From NCBI GenBank assembly GCA_965235115.1, contig OZ249452.1:9734001-9798000 (forward strand): a stretch of 64,000 nucleotides of DNA. Direction: 5' to 3'. The position numbers were made by a program, and so were the translations under genes. Positions 49,637 through 62,899 of this stretch are shown one piece after another. Numbering within the stretch: the stretch's first letter is position 1; each line of letters begins with the position of its first letter. A model generated the notes under the pieces. It did no database searches, had not been told where the DNA came from, and saw nothing but the letters and a program-made list of their open reading frames with translations. The stretch comes from Laetmonice hystrix (Eukaryota).

Positions 49637-49906
49637 GAAGAAGAAGAAGAAGAAGAAGAAGAAGAAGCAATAGAAGAAGAAGAAGCAATAGAAGAAGAAG
49701 AAGCAATAGAAGAAGAAGCAATAGAAGAAGAAGAAGCAATAGAAGAAGAAGAAGCAATAGAAGAAGAAGAAGCAATAGAAGAAGAAGAAGAAGAAGAAGA
49801 AGAAGAAGAAGCAATAGGAGAAGAAGAAGAAGCAACAGAAGAAGACGAAGAAGAAGAAGAAGAAGAAGAAGAAGAAGAAGAAGAAGAAGAAGAAGAAGAA
49901 GAAGAA
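49637..49906. repeat. (GAA)n microsatellite interrupted by GCAATA (15-18 bp higher-order unit)
   Basis: GAAGAAGAAGAAGCAATA repeats flanked by pure GAA runs. Confidence 0.97.
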
Positions 49907-52636
49907 TTCGTAATGGTAACATTGCGCGTAATGGTGGGCGAGGACCTGAGCTCGCCGGCATCATCACTTCCGCTAACCTACGTGTTTCCGGTTCCGCCTC
50001 CAGCGTCCCGCTTTCTCACGTGTTGATTGGACACCGACTGTCGCCATCACCACTTACGTACATAAGTATCGCCTGAGTGAGAAACTGATGAACCGTTCTA
50101 ACCATTTTATAGGGGTCAAACAATGTTTTCCATTACAAGTTACGTTTTGCGTTACAAATTATCGGCGACAGGAGATCGCACATAAAGAATCGACTGACCA
50201 GGATCGTGTCCACGTGGGCATCTGTTAACCTAATTAACTTATTTTGAAGCCGCTGTGTTGAGACTCGACAGTGTCAGAACGCACTCATATCGACGCCAAG
50301 GGTGAGCTATCAGTAGACAGACTGCCCTCGGGATCCAAGCTAAATGGGGGTGGGGGTCTGAAATTATTCAGCCAATTTCACATCAGAACGTAATGGTCAT
50401 AGAGCAGGTCGGTATACTATAAAGTCAGCGATCATCCTACCCCAGGGACCCGTGCTGGTTCTCGGTGGGCCTGTATTATCTAATGTTGCCACTCATGCCG
50501 GGGTCCGTGGGCACCAAACGTTAGGGTCGGGGAGGATATTCAGGGGCTGTCAAAAACCTGCGGTGGAGTACAACGATATGGTTTATAATTTAAAAACAAA
50601 TTCTTATATTTATCCGAGCTTGACGTCAGCGTGACCGCTGGTTTATGTCATCTGCAAGCTTACACAATGGCCGATCATCTACAGGTATTATTAATTAACT
50701 AATGTGATATTAAACACATCACCGCTAAATCATGATTTATTAACATAGTAAGATAATACAAGGTCCGCACATAAAATGTTAAACTGATTTTAGAGAAAGG
50801 GCAATGAACCTTCGGTTGCTGACATTTGTTGGTACCGCGGGTGTCACTGATAACGATCTGTGTCTACACCCAGTCATGCTGTCTCCGGGAGATTTGAAAT
50901 AATATGTCATGGGGTCTCCGGTGCAGAGATCGTGTCAGTTTGTTTGGTGGTTTACAGCGTTTTGCATATTTTAAATGTTACTATTGCATGACGCGTCTGG
51001 CCGTCCCTGTGGTAGCACCTTTTATAGAAATATACTTGCCATGTTGCATATAATTTGTGTTATGTTAGGCCAAAAAAAAATAGATTCGTTTCTTGTCCCC
51101 GCGCGCGTCACCTAAAAACCCCCGCGTCAAGTGGGCAGTGTAGCGCTGGGACAGAACGTTGCAACGGTTCTTTGGCATTGGCGTTTTTCTGTTAGTCTTG
51201 TTGATTTTATGTGAGTTTTACACATTCTAAAACATTGAACATCATTGCATTAGTCTTTTCTTTAAGATTTAGATACCCAACAGCAATTGCATTCGAAGAA
51301 TCGGCCATTGTCTAGTTGCAACCAAAAAAAAAGAAAGATGAAAAAAAAACCGCGTCACCGTTTTTTATATGAAAGGACAAGAAACGAAACTTTTTTTTTT
51401 GCCTTATTTTCTGTTTGCTCTGCCTTGTCCTCATTTCGATTGTTTCGACGCGTTTTCTACCTTAAGCTACAACCGAAGCTTAATTATATTCCATGCTGCT
51501 GTATTTTTATGAGAAGAGTCATTTCCAGAAACGTGCCCAGAACGCAATAATGTCTCTTTCCCACGGATTCGGAATAAAAAATCAAAAAAAAAATTAAAAA
51601 ATAAATATTGAAAAGGGTCGTGATACAGAAATTTGCATGATTTAGTTTTAGGCCAGACCAACCAAACCGCGTACGTACGATTTACATTGTAAAGGATTTA
51701 GAATGTACATTCACTCTATATAATGTTCTCGGATTTTGAAAAAAATTGTTCATATCGATATCTCCCCCCCCCCCAATGACCTCAAACGAAAATCGTTTTT
51801 GTGGGTTCCCCCCGAACGCGTGAAAATTGTTATTGCATATGGACATGTAGGCTAAGAACATAAGGATTTAGGCTATAGAGAAAAAAAAGTTTATAGCACA
51901 AAGCTAGACACAGCGCCAAAGGTTTTTTTTTCTTTCCTCATCGGTTGATTAACGGTACTTGTTGAGGTGTGGAGCGGACTGGCTATCCAACCCGAGTGAT
52001 ATACGACAGCCTAAAGAGGTGCTTCAATCTATAATGTTCACTGGGGTCATCTGCAGGCTTAGATAGAGCCAGTGTGATGGCTCGGACTGAGAGAAGCCGT
52101 CGATGTGTGAGAGGATTGTGGCCTGTACGCACTGACCAGCACTGATGTTGATGACCTCCCAATGAAAAGAGCACACCGCGAAATTGTAAGGTGAACTTTG
52201 AGTCTAATATCAGCTGATGAATCTAATATCATTGACATGGAGGTCAAAGCAAGATTTTGGCAACCCAGAATTGGGAAAGAAGCCTGAAATGCCATTTTTA
52301 AAATACTAATTCCGACTGGACCTGATGAAAGGAAACTATGAATTGCAAATCGTACGAGATCTTTTTATACTCATGAAGCAAATTCACAGTGGCGTATAGC
52401 CATGTAACTGTATTTCTTCTGCATGCTATATGTGGGGTGGGTGAAACATGGTGTGGAATTACAAGACTGGGGCACTTGATTCCCCTGGCCTGTACTTGCA
52501 CTCTCTCATTACCTGCCTCTATTTGAATGATAGCCAATGGTCGCCCGTCAAGAGCTTATCGAGGGCCTGAAGTGGTCGGATCCATCTTGGACCACTCCTA
52601 CCGAAACCATCTAGTGTCATGGCTCTATACACAGTA

Positions 52637-52903
52637 CAGGCACGGCGGAGCAGGGGGGGGGGGGCTGGGGGCTATAGCCCCCCCCCCCCCAATAATTTCA
52701 TTTTCGGAAGAAAAAAAGTCGAGGATGAATACGGAAGAAAACCTTATCTATTTTCGGTCATTGTAAGCTGAAATTTTATACTTAAAATAAGCCAGAATGC
52801 GTCTACTGGCGTCTTTTATCCCCAGAACTTCTGGACCCTCGCCTGAACTGCTGTGATAGCCCCCCCCCCCCCCCTCAATCTGAAATTGCTTCCGCCGTGC
52901 CTG
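52637..52903. mobile_element. MITE with 16-17 bp TIRs (CAG termini)
   Basis: CAGGCACGGCGGAGCA / TGCTTCCGCCGTGCCTG with G/C homopolymer sub-termini; no TSD evident. Confidence 0.75.
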
Positions 52904-54759
52904 CTATAGCATAATGTTCAAGGATGACGAAGCTTTTGTTTGGTCGCAAAAGTAAATCGAAGGTGAGTCTTTATTACCTTAAATGTGTAGGCCTACATTT
53001 CCGAATATAACCTTCTACTGCCATGGGGTCACTGGTCATGACATTGAAAACGGACAGATACTGTTTCCAAGTAAGGACAATGATTCTGGGGAGAGTTGAC
53101 ATCGACATGAACACCAGGTATCGTGGTGGATACCTCAGCGGTCATAGACCCTGCATGAAGGGATCCAATGACATCAACATCAACAGAGATAACCTGTTAA
53201 TCTGTCTGCATGGAAATACATTCCATATCATATTCCAACAATCTACCTCATTATGTGTCGATTTACTTCTAACAATAGCGAAACTGGTCGAGCAAACGTG
53301 CCATTCTTGTTTGGATTGTGAAAAATGCCATCGCATTTTACCACGGCTTGTTGACATTCCTGCTACCAAGCACCGGTTCGAATATCAACCGAAACTAACT
53401 GAAACTGACCGAAACAGACAGAAACTGACCGACTTCATTGCCGTCTGGAGGTCGGTGGCCAAGGTTGGTTTCGGTAAATTCGCTCGGTTTCGGTGTTTTG
53501 GTGCTGACGACGTGGTTTTTTTTCACTTCAGTCCATACTGCATGCACTCGTGTTAACACTGACGATGTAAAGACGATCGAAATACCCCATTATTTGCCAC
53601 AAACACAATCTGTGCCTAATTTTCCACATTACACAGTAGAGGAAGTGGTCAGTTTAGATAGGCCTACTTCAGTCGTTTATAACCGAAACTATTCACTAAT
53701 TCTAATTCTAATATCCTTAATCAGCTTCACCACCCTCCAATCAAACGGGACAGTGAACAGTAACTAAAAGCTTCACCCATTATCGCCCGATCGGACTCAG
53801 ACTCCAACGAACTATTTCCTGCTAGTCCGCGGAGGAATCCTTAGTTCTCCAAACTCGCACAGACTCCGTGCGAACCTGTAAACTTCCCCCGCCAAGTCAC
53901 ATGACCCAGTCACATGATGTTTCCAGGCCTTCTGATTGGTTGTCTCCTTCGCGGACTCGCACGGACCTGGGGTGCATACACACGGAGACCGCCACAGACT
54001 GGACCGGACTGCTCCAGACTACACCGGACTGGAGTCTCAAGTGTGTTTACACAGACAGCCAGACAGACAGAGAGACAGTGACGGACAAGACTCGAATAGA
54101 CTTGTCTTTACGGGCTAAAGACAAGTCCGTTCTTTTACGCTATGTAGATATATCGTGATTTTGAAAACAACAACAACAACAACAACAGCAACAACAAAAT
54201 ACACTGATCGTATACTTAAGGCTTCTGTTCTAATTGTTCAAACAGAAAAGAAACAAACCAAAGTTAGCAATGATCGCCTTCCACGTCACCTTCCGTTACC
54301 GTTTTGTCTCATTCAATTCTAATGACACACAAGGAGAGGTCTCACACCATTACAGATGCGCCGTTTTCACACGTATTTATGTCGCTGTTATGTTCAGCGT
54401 CATTCTGAGACACATATTTTAGTTTTCAGGGCCGGTTGATGACACGATGAATTTTAATGAACCATCAAGAGTACATGAAACTAACATGTGCTACAGAGGG
54501 ATTTTTAAACGCGGCAAACATTGGTTTATCAGGCTTTCCTGGAGATTTTCGACTTTTTTGGGGGGGGGGGGATGCTGCGAGTTGGGGGGAGAGTAATGCA
54601 AAATATTTCCCCTTGGGAATTATTTTGGGGGAGTAGCTGAATAAAGGGCCTGCAGGAAACCCTGGATTTATACACAAATAATTAGTTATGTGCTAATGCC
54701 CTGACTTTTATTCCTGAATATAGGCTACATATGTCGAAACAAAGCTGTGCATTATAATC

Positions 54760-56430
54760 CATTGGCGGATCCAGGGGGGGGGCCAAGGGGGCCTTGGCCC
54801 CCCCCCCCCCCACCAAAAAGAAAAGTGGCATGTGTTTGGACCAATAGGCCTAGGCTGACTCTGGCCAATGATGTGGCCAGGGGGTTGAACTAGGGTGAGG
54901 GGACCGATACCAGAGTCATTTATTAGCTATCGGCATGATAAAATTTTGCAGATACACACATTTTAACTTAAGGGGGTTCAAATATTAAAACAAACGTTCA
55001 AACATTAAAAAAAAAATTTGCCGAGCGTATGCTATAACCAAAGTTGCTGTTGGACTTGAGGAGGCCCTTTTGCCCTTGGTCATTGGTCTTTGAATAGCTT
55101 ATTTTGTGCTCTAAAATGCATCGGATTGCAACCAATTACACCTTGTATTTCTAAGTTTTTCGGGGGGCATGCCCCCGGACCCCCCTAGGAAGGCTTCGCG
55201 CCTTCGGCACTTGCAGACTTCCCGCGCCTTAGGCGCTCGTACAGTCACATCTGTGTCGCCGCTAAACAAATCCAGATACACACATTTTAACTTAACGTCT
55301 TAAGGGGGTTCAAACATTATAATTTAGAAGGTTTTTTTTCTTTCAGTCGCAAGATAAAAACCACTTGAAATTTTTTTTTGCCTCGCTACGCTCGGCATGA
55401 TTTCATATATAACAAAAGTTGCTGTTGGACTTGAGGAGGCCCTTTTGCCCTTAGTCATATTGGTCATTGAATAGCTTCTTTTGTGCTCCAAAATGCATCG
55501 GATTGCAACCAATTACACCTTGAATTTCTAAGTTTTCCGGGGGCATGCCCCCGGACCCCCTAAGAAGGCTTTGGCGCCTTCGGCGCTTGCAGACTTCCCA
55601 CCTTAGGTGTTCATACAGTCACGTATGTGTCGCCCCTAAACAAATCCCGATACACACATTTTAACTTAAGGGGGTTCAAACATTATAATTTAGAAGTTTT
55701 TTTTTCTTTCAGTCGCAAGATAAAAACCACTTTAAAAAAAATTTTGCCTCGCTACGCTCGGCATGATTTCATATATAACAAAAGTTGCTGTTGGACTTGA
55801 GGAGGCCCTTTTGCCCTTGGTCATATTGGTCATTGAAGAGCTTCTTTTGTGCTCCAAAATGCATCGGATTGCAACAAATTGCACCTTGAATTTCTACATT
55901 TTCCGGGGGCATGCCCCCGGACCCCCTAGGAAGGCTTTCGCGCCTTCGGCGCTTGCAGACTTCCCACCTTCGGTGCTCATACAGTCACGTATGTGTCGCC
56001 CCTAAACAAATCCAGATACACACATTTTAACTTAAGGGAGTTCAAACATTATAATTTAGAAGGGTTTTTTTCTTTCAGTAAAAACCACTTAAAATTTTTT
56101 TGCCTCGCTACGCTCGGCAGGATTTCATGCTATAGCCAAAGTTGCTGTTGGCCTTGAGGAGACCTTTTTGCCCTTGGTCACATTGGTCATTAAATAGCTT
56201 ATTTGGTGCTCCAAAATGCATCGGATTGCAACAAATTAGGCCTACACCTTGAATTTCAAAATTTTCCGGGGGCATGCCCCCTGACCCCCCCCCCCACCTA
56301 GGAAGGCTTCGCGCCTTTCGCACTTGCAGACTTCGCGCCTTCGGCGCTCGTACAGTCACGTCTGTGTCGCCCCTAAACAAATTTAGGAAAACTTGGCCCC
56401 CCCCCCTACAAAATCCTGGATCCGCCTATG
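54760..56430. mobile_element. GGCGGATCC-family MITE containing 4 tandem 325-375 bp internal units, 5-bp TSD TAATC
   Basis: CATTGGCGGATCCAGG / CCTGGATCCGCCTATG; TAATC at 54755-54759 and 56431-56435; GATACACACATTTTAACTTAA recurs near 54951, 55276, 55649, 56014. Confidence 0.9.
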
Positions 56431-56857
56431 TAATCTCAGGTCAGTTTGGGTCTGTATTCGTACACTGACCCACTACCGGTAGGCTGGTGACAAATGAATT
56501 GTAAAACGGCGTTGAATCGTCCTCAAATGATCTCCGCTGGCTACTTTGACATTTTGGCGACGGGGGGCTCTGGCGCATGCGCTGTGCCTAGCGACCAATC
56601 TTTCTTAATTTGCACAACCATAGCAACGACGTGATTTATAGAATCCACAACGAGGCTCTGGCCGATGTGGGGAGACAGTAATGGAGAGGTGGTTTATAGG
56701 CCAAGGCGGCCCACGACGAGCGTCTTCTACTCCCGGTTTCACCCACCCCTCCCGCCAGCCTCCCTAACATTGGAGCTTTCTGTCTTTGTGGACATATCAG
56801 CCTTAAAGACAAGCCTTAAAGAAAGCACTGGAATAAATGAATAAGTAAATATCTTAC

Positions 56858-56947
56858 GGACTGACCGACCGACCGACCGACCGACCGACCGACCGACCGA
56901 CCGACTGACTGACTTAATGGCTGGCTGACTGACTGACTGACCGACTG
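56858..56947. repeat. (GACC)n/(GACT)n microsatellite abutting a gap
   Basis: Direct reading. Confidence 0.95.
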
Positions 56948-57085
56948 NNNNNNNNNNNNNNNNNNNNNNNNNNNNNNNNNNNNNNNNNNNNNNNNNNNNN
57001 NNNNNNNNNNNNNNNNNNNNNNNNNNNNNNNNNNNNNNNNNNNNNNNNNNNNNNNNNNNNNNNNNNNNNNNNNNNNNNNNNNNNN
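56948..57085. other. Assembly gap
   Basis: Run of N. Confidence 1.
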
Positions 57086-57119
57086 TGACATACTGACTAA
57101 CCTAATGAAACAATTAATG

Positions 57120-57275
57120 GAAACCAATCAAGCAAGCAAGCAAGCAAACAAACGAATCTATTAATAGACAAACAAACAAAGAAATAAACGAACAAAGAAA
57201 CAAATAAAAAATAAATAATCCTAACAAATAATAAATAAATATAAATAAATATAAAAAAAATGATTAAATAAATAA
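57120..57275. repeat. A-rich tetranucleotide low complexity (AAGC, AAAC, AAAT)
   Basis: Direct reading. Confidence 0.85.
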
Positions 57276-60035
57276 ACAGTTTTAGGACACTCAAAACCAT
57301 GTGTTCCTTGCCAAGTTTCATTCCCTAGAAATGCCCGTTCATACTCGATAGGGTTTTACTTAGAGAAACCCCACTGGCTTAACTCATCACCGTCTATGTC
57401 TGCCGCCACTGGCGCCCATACAAATTGCAGTAACCGCTCAAAGAGCCAAGGTTCAGGAATATATTTTTTTATAATTCCCCCAGAAGTCCATGCTCCCATT
57501 AATCAGCATTTCAGAAAGATTAACGCCTTTAATGAGCCAGCCGCCTGAGACCTGATGACGTGTGACGTAGACGCTGTGTCTGATGTTGATTGGTTGGGCT
57601 CGGGACGCGTCTCAGAACGCGATGGACCGAGCTAGCACTGATCTGGTTGTGCCCGGCTGGGGTATCCGCTCCATCCACAGCCCTGGGCACGATGACAGGA
57701 GATTCACAGACCAGATATACCTGTGAGGACAGGTGGGAAGGTTGATAACGTAGCCATTGACCCTCACCTGATTCCCAGAGCGACGTCAAACAGACCCGAC
57801 GTCGTCTTGGGCACGTGGTACCATTCCTCACATTCTGCTTCGGCGAGCACGAATCGATGAATCCGAAATCCCCGACGACTAGGAATCAAGTTCGGGCAAT
57901 CATTCTTGAAAGGGATGATTAACCGCAGGCAACAATCAATCGCCCCCCCCCCCCACCCCTTACATGTTTCCGGACAACCCCAGATAAAAAAAACATCCAT
58001 TGATCTATTGGCGATTTGGCTACCGATCAATTCAATGTCTGTTGAATCGGTGTGTACTGCTGATCGAATGCGAAATGCGATCGAAAACTCGCTGATCGAC
58101 AGGTGAAGATCGATTTATCCAGAGACGTCGACTTCCAACTCGTAAAGCCAACAAGAGCTGGATCACGAGGAGGGAAGTGCAGAGCTTCTTGAAGTGAAAT
58201 CCCACTATTTGGGGATTAGCAGGGGGTATGGGTTGTTACCCTAGTCGGTCGATAGTTGAGGGACTATCCCCTCAGCCCATACGTCTCCGCCCTCGGCATG
58301 GAGCGCGGCTCAATCACTCTCCCATGCCGAGGCTTTGATGCATCATCGTTATTTGACAAAGAAATCGGTTTTCCTGCGACATCACTGGTGTCACCAATGT
58401 TTGGTCATGTGATCGAGTAGGTGCGCTTGGAAAAGTTGGGAGAGATTAGGTATGGTTGTGACTGAAAGATTGGCCGCTAGGTGGATTCCTGGCGACACGA
58501 TGCTGGGCAAGGTTGTACGCAATATAGGGGCCTTTCCGCCAATAAAAGTCTGGCATGTTTTGACTTTACCTCCGCGTTCGCATGGAACACTTGTTTGGTT
58601 GTTCACCCAATGTTTCGGGTAACAACCTTTATCTGGACGTTGCTTCTTTTTGAAAATTGTTATTTCGGGATAAGTTGTTCCGGAGTAATGATTACGTCGG
58701 GTGATTCCAATGTGAACGCATCCTACCCGATGTATGCCATCGTGAGATGAACAGCACCGTAATGATGTTTGTTTCGGTGGCCAAAAGATGATCACTGAAA
58801 GCCAAATATCTTGGCTCAATCTGAAGACAAGCGATGCTCTGATCCTATTAGATTACCCCGCATCATCTGCTTAGGAAGAGCATTGAGAACCTCATGGCCA
58901 CAGATTCCTTCCAACCTCACAGTTGTATTTCCTCCTGACAGCTCGCTGCATGCCAGGTCTTCCTATACTTGAACTCTCATTAGTGTGAGAAGAGGCCGCT
59001 AGGGGCGCTGGTGGCGCACGGGGGATTTAAGTGGAAGAAGGGAGCAGCAAATATAGAAAACTCTCACGGAAGGAGGAGACAGCAAATATGGAAAACTCCT
59101 ATGCCAATATGTCGAGAATCCTCCCCTCGCCCCATTCCCTTGCTCTGGGCGATATAACAAAACTCATTTATACCATAGTTGAACTCTAACGTGTGGGTTG
59201 AAACTATCATATTATGGTCTCATTTGCATTATTACTAGATCATTTTTTCATGTTGTATTTTTGTTCTTAATGAATGAAATTTGAAATGGATTCAGACAGA
59301 CATATTGGTTTCATTTGGGTAACGGGTCAACAGCATAAACATGGACACGATAGCATTACGACAATCAATCATGTTCAAATCAGACACGAGTCATGAAAGG
59401 TCTGGCTTCACAATGAAAGCCCAAACATCGACGGAAAATAATTGTTACTGTGTTAACGGAAAAACCCACTGGTATCTGCGTAATTTACCTCCCGCGAGAT
59501 CTCCGGTAAAAAAGGGTTATAGCAGCGGCTGGAAAGGGCGATAATAGGGAGTGCTGTCACTGATTGCACGCGAGACTCACGCGAGACCTCGCCGTATGAT
59601 TCCTTCTGGTTCCGCTCATTACTTGGCGATTATTTGCCGTCGACTTCCCATTAAAGGTAGTACCATCTCTCCAGAGATGACATTGAGAGGCGAAACCTCT
59701 TTGTGCTTGGTAATACAGAATACATGTATACAGACTAGAAGGTTGTGTTGCCTTGGTTATCGTTGTACTGGGTTGCTTCATTAAGTGTGGAAACGGTTCT
59801 TGTATCGTGGACAAGGTCTAAATGAGAAAACCTATTTCGGTCAACAATTCATCTTGTAGCGTAGTTCGTATCCTATAGCAGGAATTATTCTCCTATCAGA
59901 CGTTGGTAAAAGGCAGGCACGTTAACATGACATGCCATCACAGAATCTAGTGGTTAATGTTTCTTTGGACAACGGAAGTAATGAAAAGGCGACCTGCATT
60001 TTTTTGAGTACGGAAGGGGCAGAATTAAGTGACTC

Positions 60036-60638
60036 TTCTCATCGCTGCTCTGAGCCTCATCATTCACATCGCTGCTCTGAGCCTCTTCCCTATCATCGCT
60101 GCTGTGAGCCTCATCATTCTCATCGCTGCTCTGAGCCTCTTCCCTATCATCGCCGCTGTGAGCCTCATCATTCACATCGCTGCTGTGAGCCTCATCATTC
60201 TCATCGCTGCTGTGAGCCTCATTCTCATCGCTGCTGTGAGCCTCATCATTCTCATCGCTGCTGTGAGCCTCATCATTCTCATCGCTGCTCTGAGCCTCAT
60301 TCTCATCGCTGCTGTGAGCCTCATCATTCTCATCGCTGCTCTGAGCCTCATCATTCTCATCGCTGCTGTGAGCCTCATCATTCTCATCGCTGCTCTGAAC
60401 CTCTTCCCTACCATCGCTGCTCTGAGCCTCTTCCCTATCATCGCTGCTCTGAGCCTCTTCCCTATCATCGCTGCTCTGAGCCTCTTCCCTACCATCGCTG
60501 CTCTGAGCCTCTTCCCTACCATCGCTGCTCTGAGCCTCTTCCCTACCATCGCTGCTCTGAGCCTCTTCCCTATCATCGCTGCTCTGAGCCTCTTCCCTAT
60601 CATCGCTGCTCTGAGCTTCTTCCCTATCATCGCTGCTC
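60036..60638. repeat. Minisatellite, 27-bp unit (24-bp variants), two subtypes, about 23 copies
   Basis: CATCGCTGCTGTGAGCCTCATCATTCT dominates the left half, CATCGCTGCTCTGAGCCTCTTCCCTAT the right half. Confidence 0.97.
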
Positions 60639-62236
60639 ATTTATTAGTCCAAAAGAATTGATACCAACAGATTAAGATAACTGATAAAAGGTAAACAAAT
60701 AGTAATAATAATAGTGATTATTTCATTTGCCAAACGATAAATTCACACGTAAACGCTTCCGTGGCAGAAAAATCATCCCTGCACCGGAAGTAAATCCTCG
60801 CGCAGGTCAGTTGAGCGGAAAGGAGGCAGGTGTTACTTTTCCGTTCTTTTAGCTGTTGATCTCTGCGCGGAGGCGTAGTTTGGCACAAACTGGCCTTTGT
60901 TTTTCCTGCTCGTTTCCTCCCACCAGCGTCTTCAGCGAGGCTGTAGAGACGGTTACTTGTTGATCTGCAATGATCCCACTGCCCTTTTCAGCTTGTCTTG
61001 TTTGTGCCTGTGCACAGACATTGACAGTGCTCATTCCCAGCTTATTAGAGACACAAGAGGGAACGCTATGGCTAAAGAGGAGTGGAAATTAAACGTTAAA
61101 ATTTTTACACCCCGGGGGGGGGATATTGATGACTCTTACTACTTCGGAAAAATACTGGGACAGCGCATGCTGAAGTGAATAAACAAAAGCGACCATTTAC
61201 GATATCTTCCTGGTAGTCAGAAATACAGCGAGGTCATACCCTCGGGCTTCGCTCATCGCCATTTTGAATTTTGAAATTCGAATTTTAACATTCGAATTTC
61301 GAAAATTGTAATTCGAAATCTGAATTTCGAATGAGCCTTCTGGTCTTTCGTACGTAAGCCCAGTTACGATAATAATCTCGTTTCAAAACGGTGACAGTTT
61401 TGACGATTTCAAGCTTGTAAAGGACATGGAAAGACCAGGGAAAAAGGCCTCCGACAATGGCAGTCTGAGCGCATTTAGTCCCGGCAATAATCCGCCGACT
61501 TCACCGTCAGGCACATGTCTAGTGATGGAACATTTATCTGTGAGATTAGATGGGGTCGGAAGGGATTGTCTAAATGTCTTTTCTAACGATGGTTTCGATT
61601 CATGGCAGCGTTAAATCTGACAGATTTCTCGTGAGGCAGTGAGCGAATCGTTGCCACTCTGTAGAGGAGCATGGGTATAAGATCTCTGATTATATATACC
61701 TGCCTTTTGTTGGTCTCCCTTCAAAAGTCGCACATTTTGAGCGTGTCTGTCCAATTATGCGGTGTCGCGCATGTGAGCGTGTCTGTCCAATTATGCGGAG
61801 TGACTGTCTGAGAGGTAAGAGTCTTCAATTCTCTGGTGTCTAACACATTTTGGTTTTATTCAACTGTTCTCTGGAGTTGCTCGAGAAACCTCGCCATTGT
61901 TGCGTTAACCGTCTCCAGTCTCTAGAATCCGATCACTCAGGCAAGACTTGCAGTATTGCTAGCTCTCTTTTCATCTTCCGAGTGAGGAACTGGTGGAATT
62001 GTTGTAAGAGGTGATTTCGTGGAAGATTATAGCTTCATTGTCTAATCGGTATATTGTATGCTGTAATTCTCGAATCGTTGCAGCAGGCATTGGATAAGTC
62101 CGTTCAATGCTGACGGTGGGAAATAAAGGGCTGCTTTACTCCACACATTAAATAAGAGGTGCGATTTAGGAATGTGAAATTATATCCAGATGTTTTGCTT
62201 ACCAAAGGGAAACTTTTCAAAGAGAAAATGTTTTCT

Positions 62237-62755
62237 AAAGTAATATCGAGCGAGAGTGCAACTTTCTGAAAAATCTTTGTCATCAAATAGAGTGCGTATC
62301 ACCAAAAGATAATCTGACTTCAAGGGGATAACATCCGAAGTTTTCTGAACTTCTACATGCGGTTTACTACATGTGGTTAGTAGAGACGCGTACTCCTTGG
62401 CTTTCGATTGATACATTCCTTGTATCATTGCTATACACACATGACTGAGTACATGTTCATTGAAAATGACCAGTTCAAAACACCATCATCCAGTTGGAGT
62501 AGCCGGTGCAAGTCTGTCAGAAATGGATGGATCACTTTTTTGACTGCTAAGATACTTCAGCTCACACCATGTGGTTATTTGCTTTGGGAACATTTAAAGA
62601 ACAAGGTTTATACAACCCCTTGTCGTGATCCCGACGACTTGGACATGAAGTGGATGCTTTGCGCAATAATCCAGCCACAGTCAGACAAGCAGGACATGCC
62701 CTGACGCTCTGAGCGTTGTGTTGAAAGGGAAGACGGACATGTTGAGACATACTAA
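62237..62755 (+). pseudogene. Decayed Tc1/mariner-superfamily transposase (catalytic domain to C-terminus)
   Basis: One frame with stops gives KVISSESATF (cf. I-F/W-SDEATF), LTPCGYLLWEHLKNKVYTTPCRDPDDL (cf. SPDLTPCDFFLWGYLKSKVY) and RSERCVEREDGHVETY* (cf. RxxxCIxxxGGHFE). The catalytic aspartates appear lost. Confidence 0.8.
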
Positions 62756-62899
62756 ATACTTTATGAGATAAAATCATATGGCAAAAGATGCCATGAGTAT
62801 GATGAGATATCACATTACGTTATATTAGAATATTGGTACGGTCTGCTAATGACCTTCATGACCTTAGAATGTTGGAATATAAGGACACCTACCCACTAA

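Noticed and set aside
49533-50026. Poly-E and poly-L ORFs
   Set aside because: Translations of a GAA microsatellite.
53023-53556. 177-aa ORF, the longest outside tandem arrays
   Set aside because: No recognisable domain; its 3' third runs through CCGAAAC/GTTTCGG repeat-like DNA.
61265-61335. Heat-shock element cluster (TTCGAA repeats)
   Set aside because: Spacing is TTC-GAA (0 nt) and GAA-n-TTC (1 nt), not the nGAAnnTTCn register; more likely a repeat remnant.
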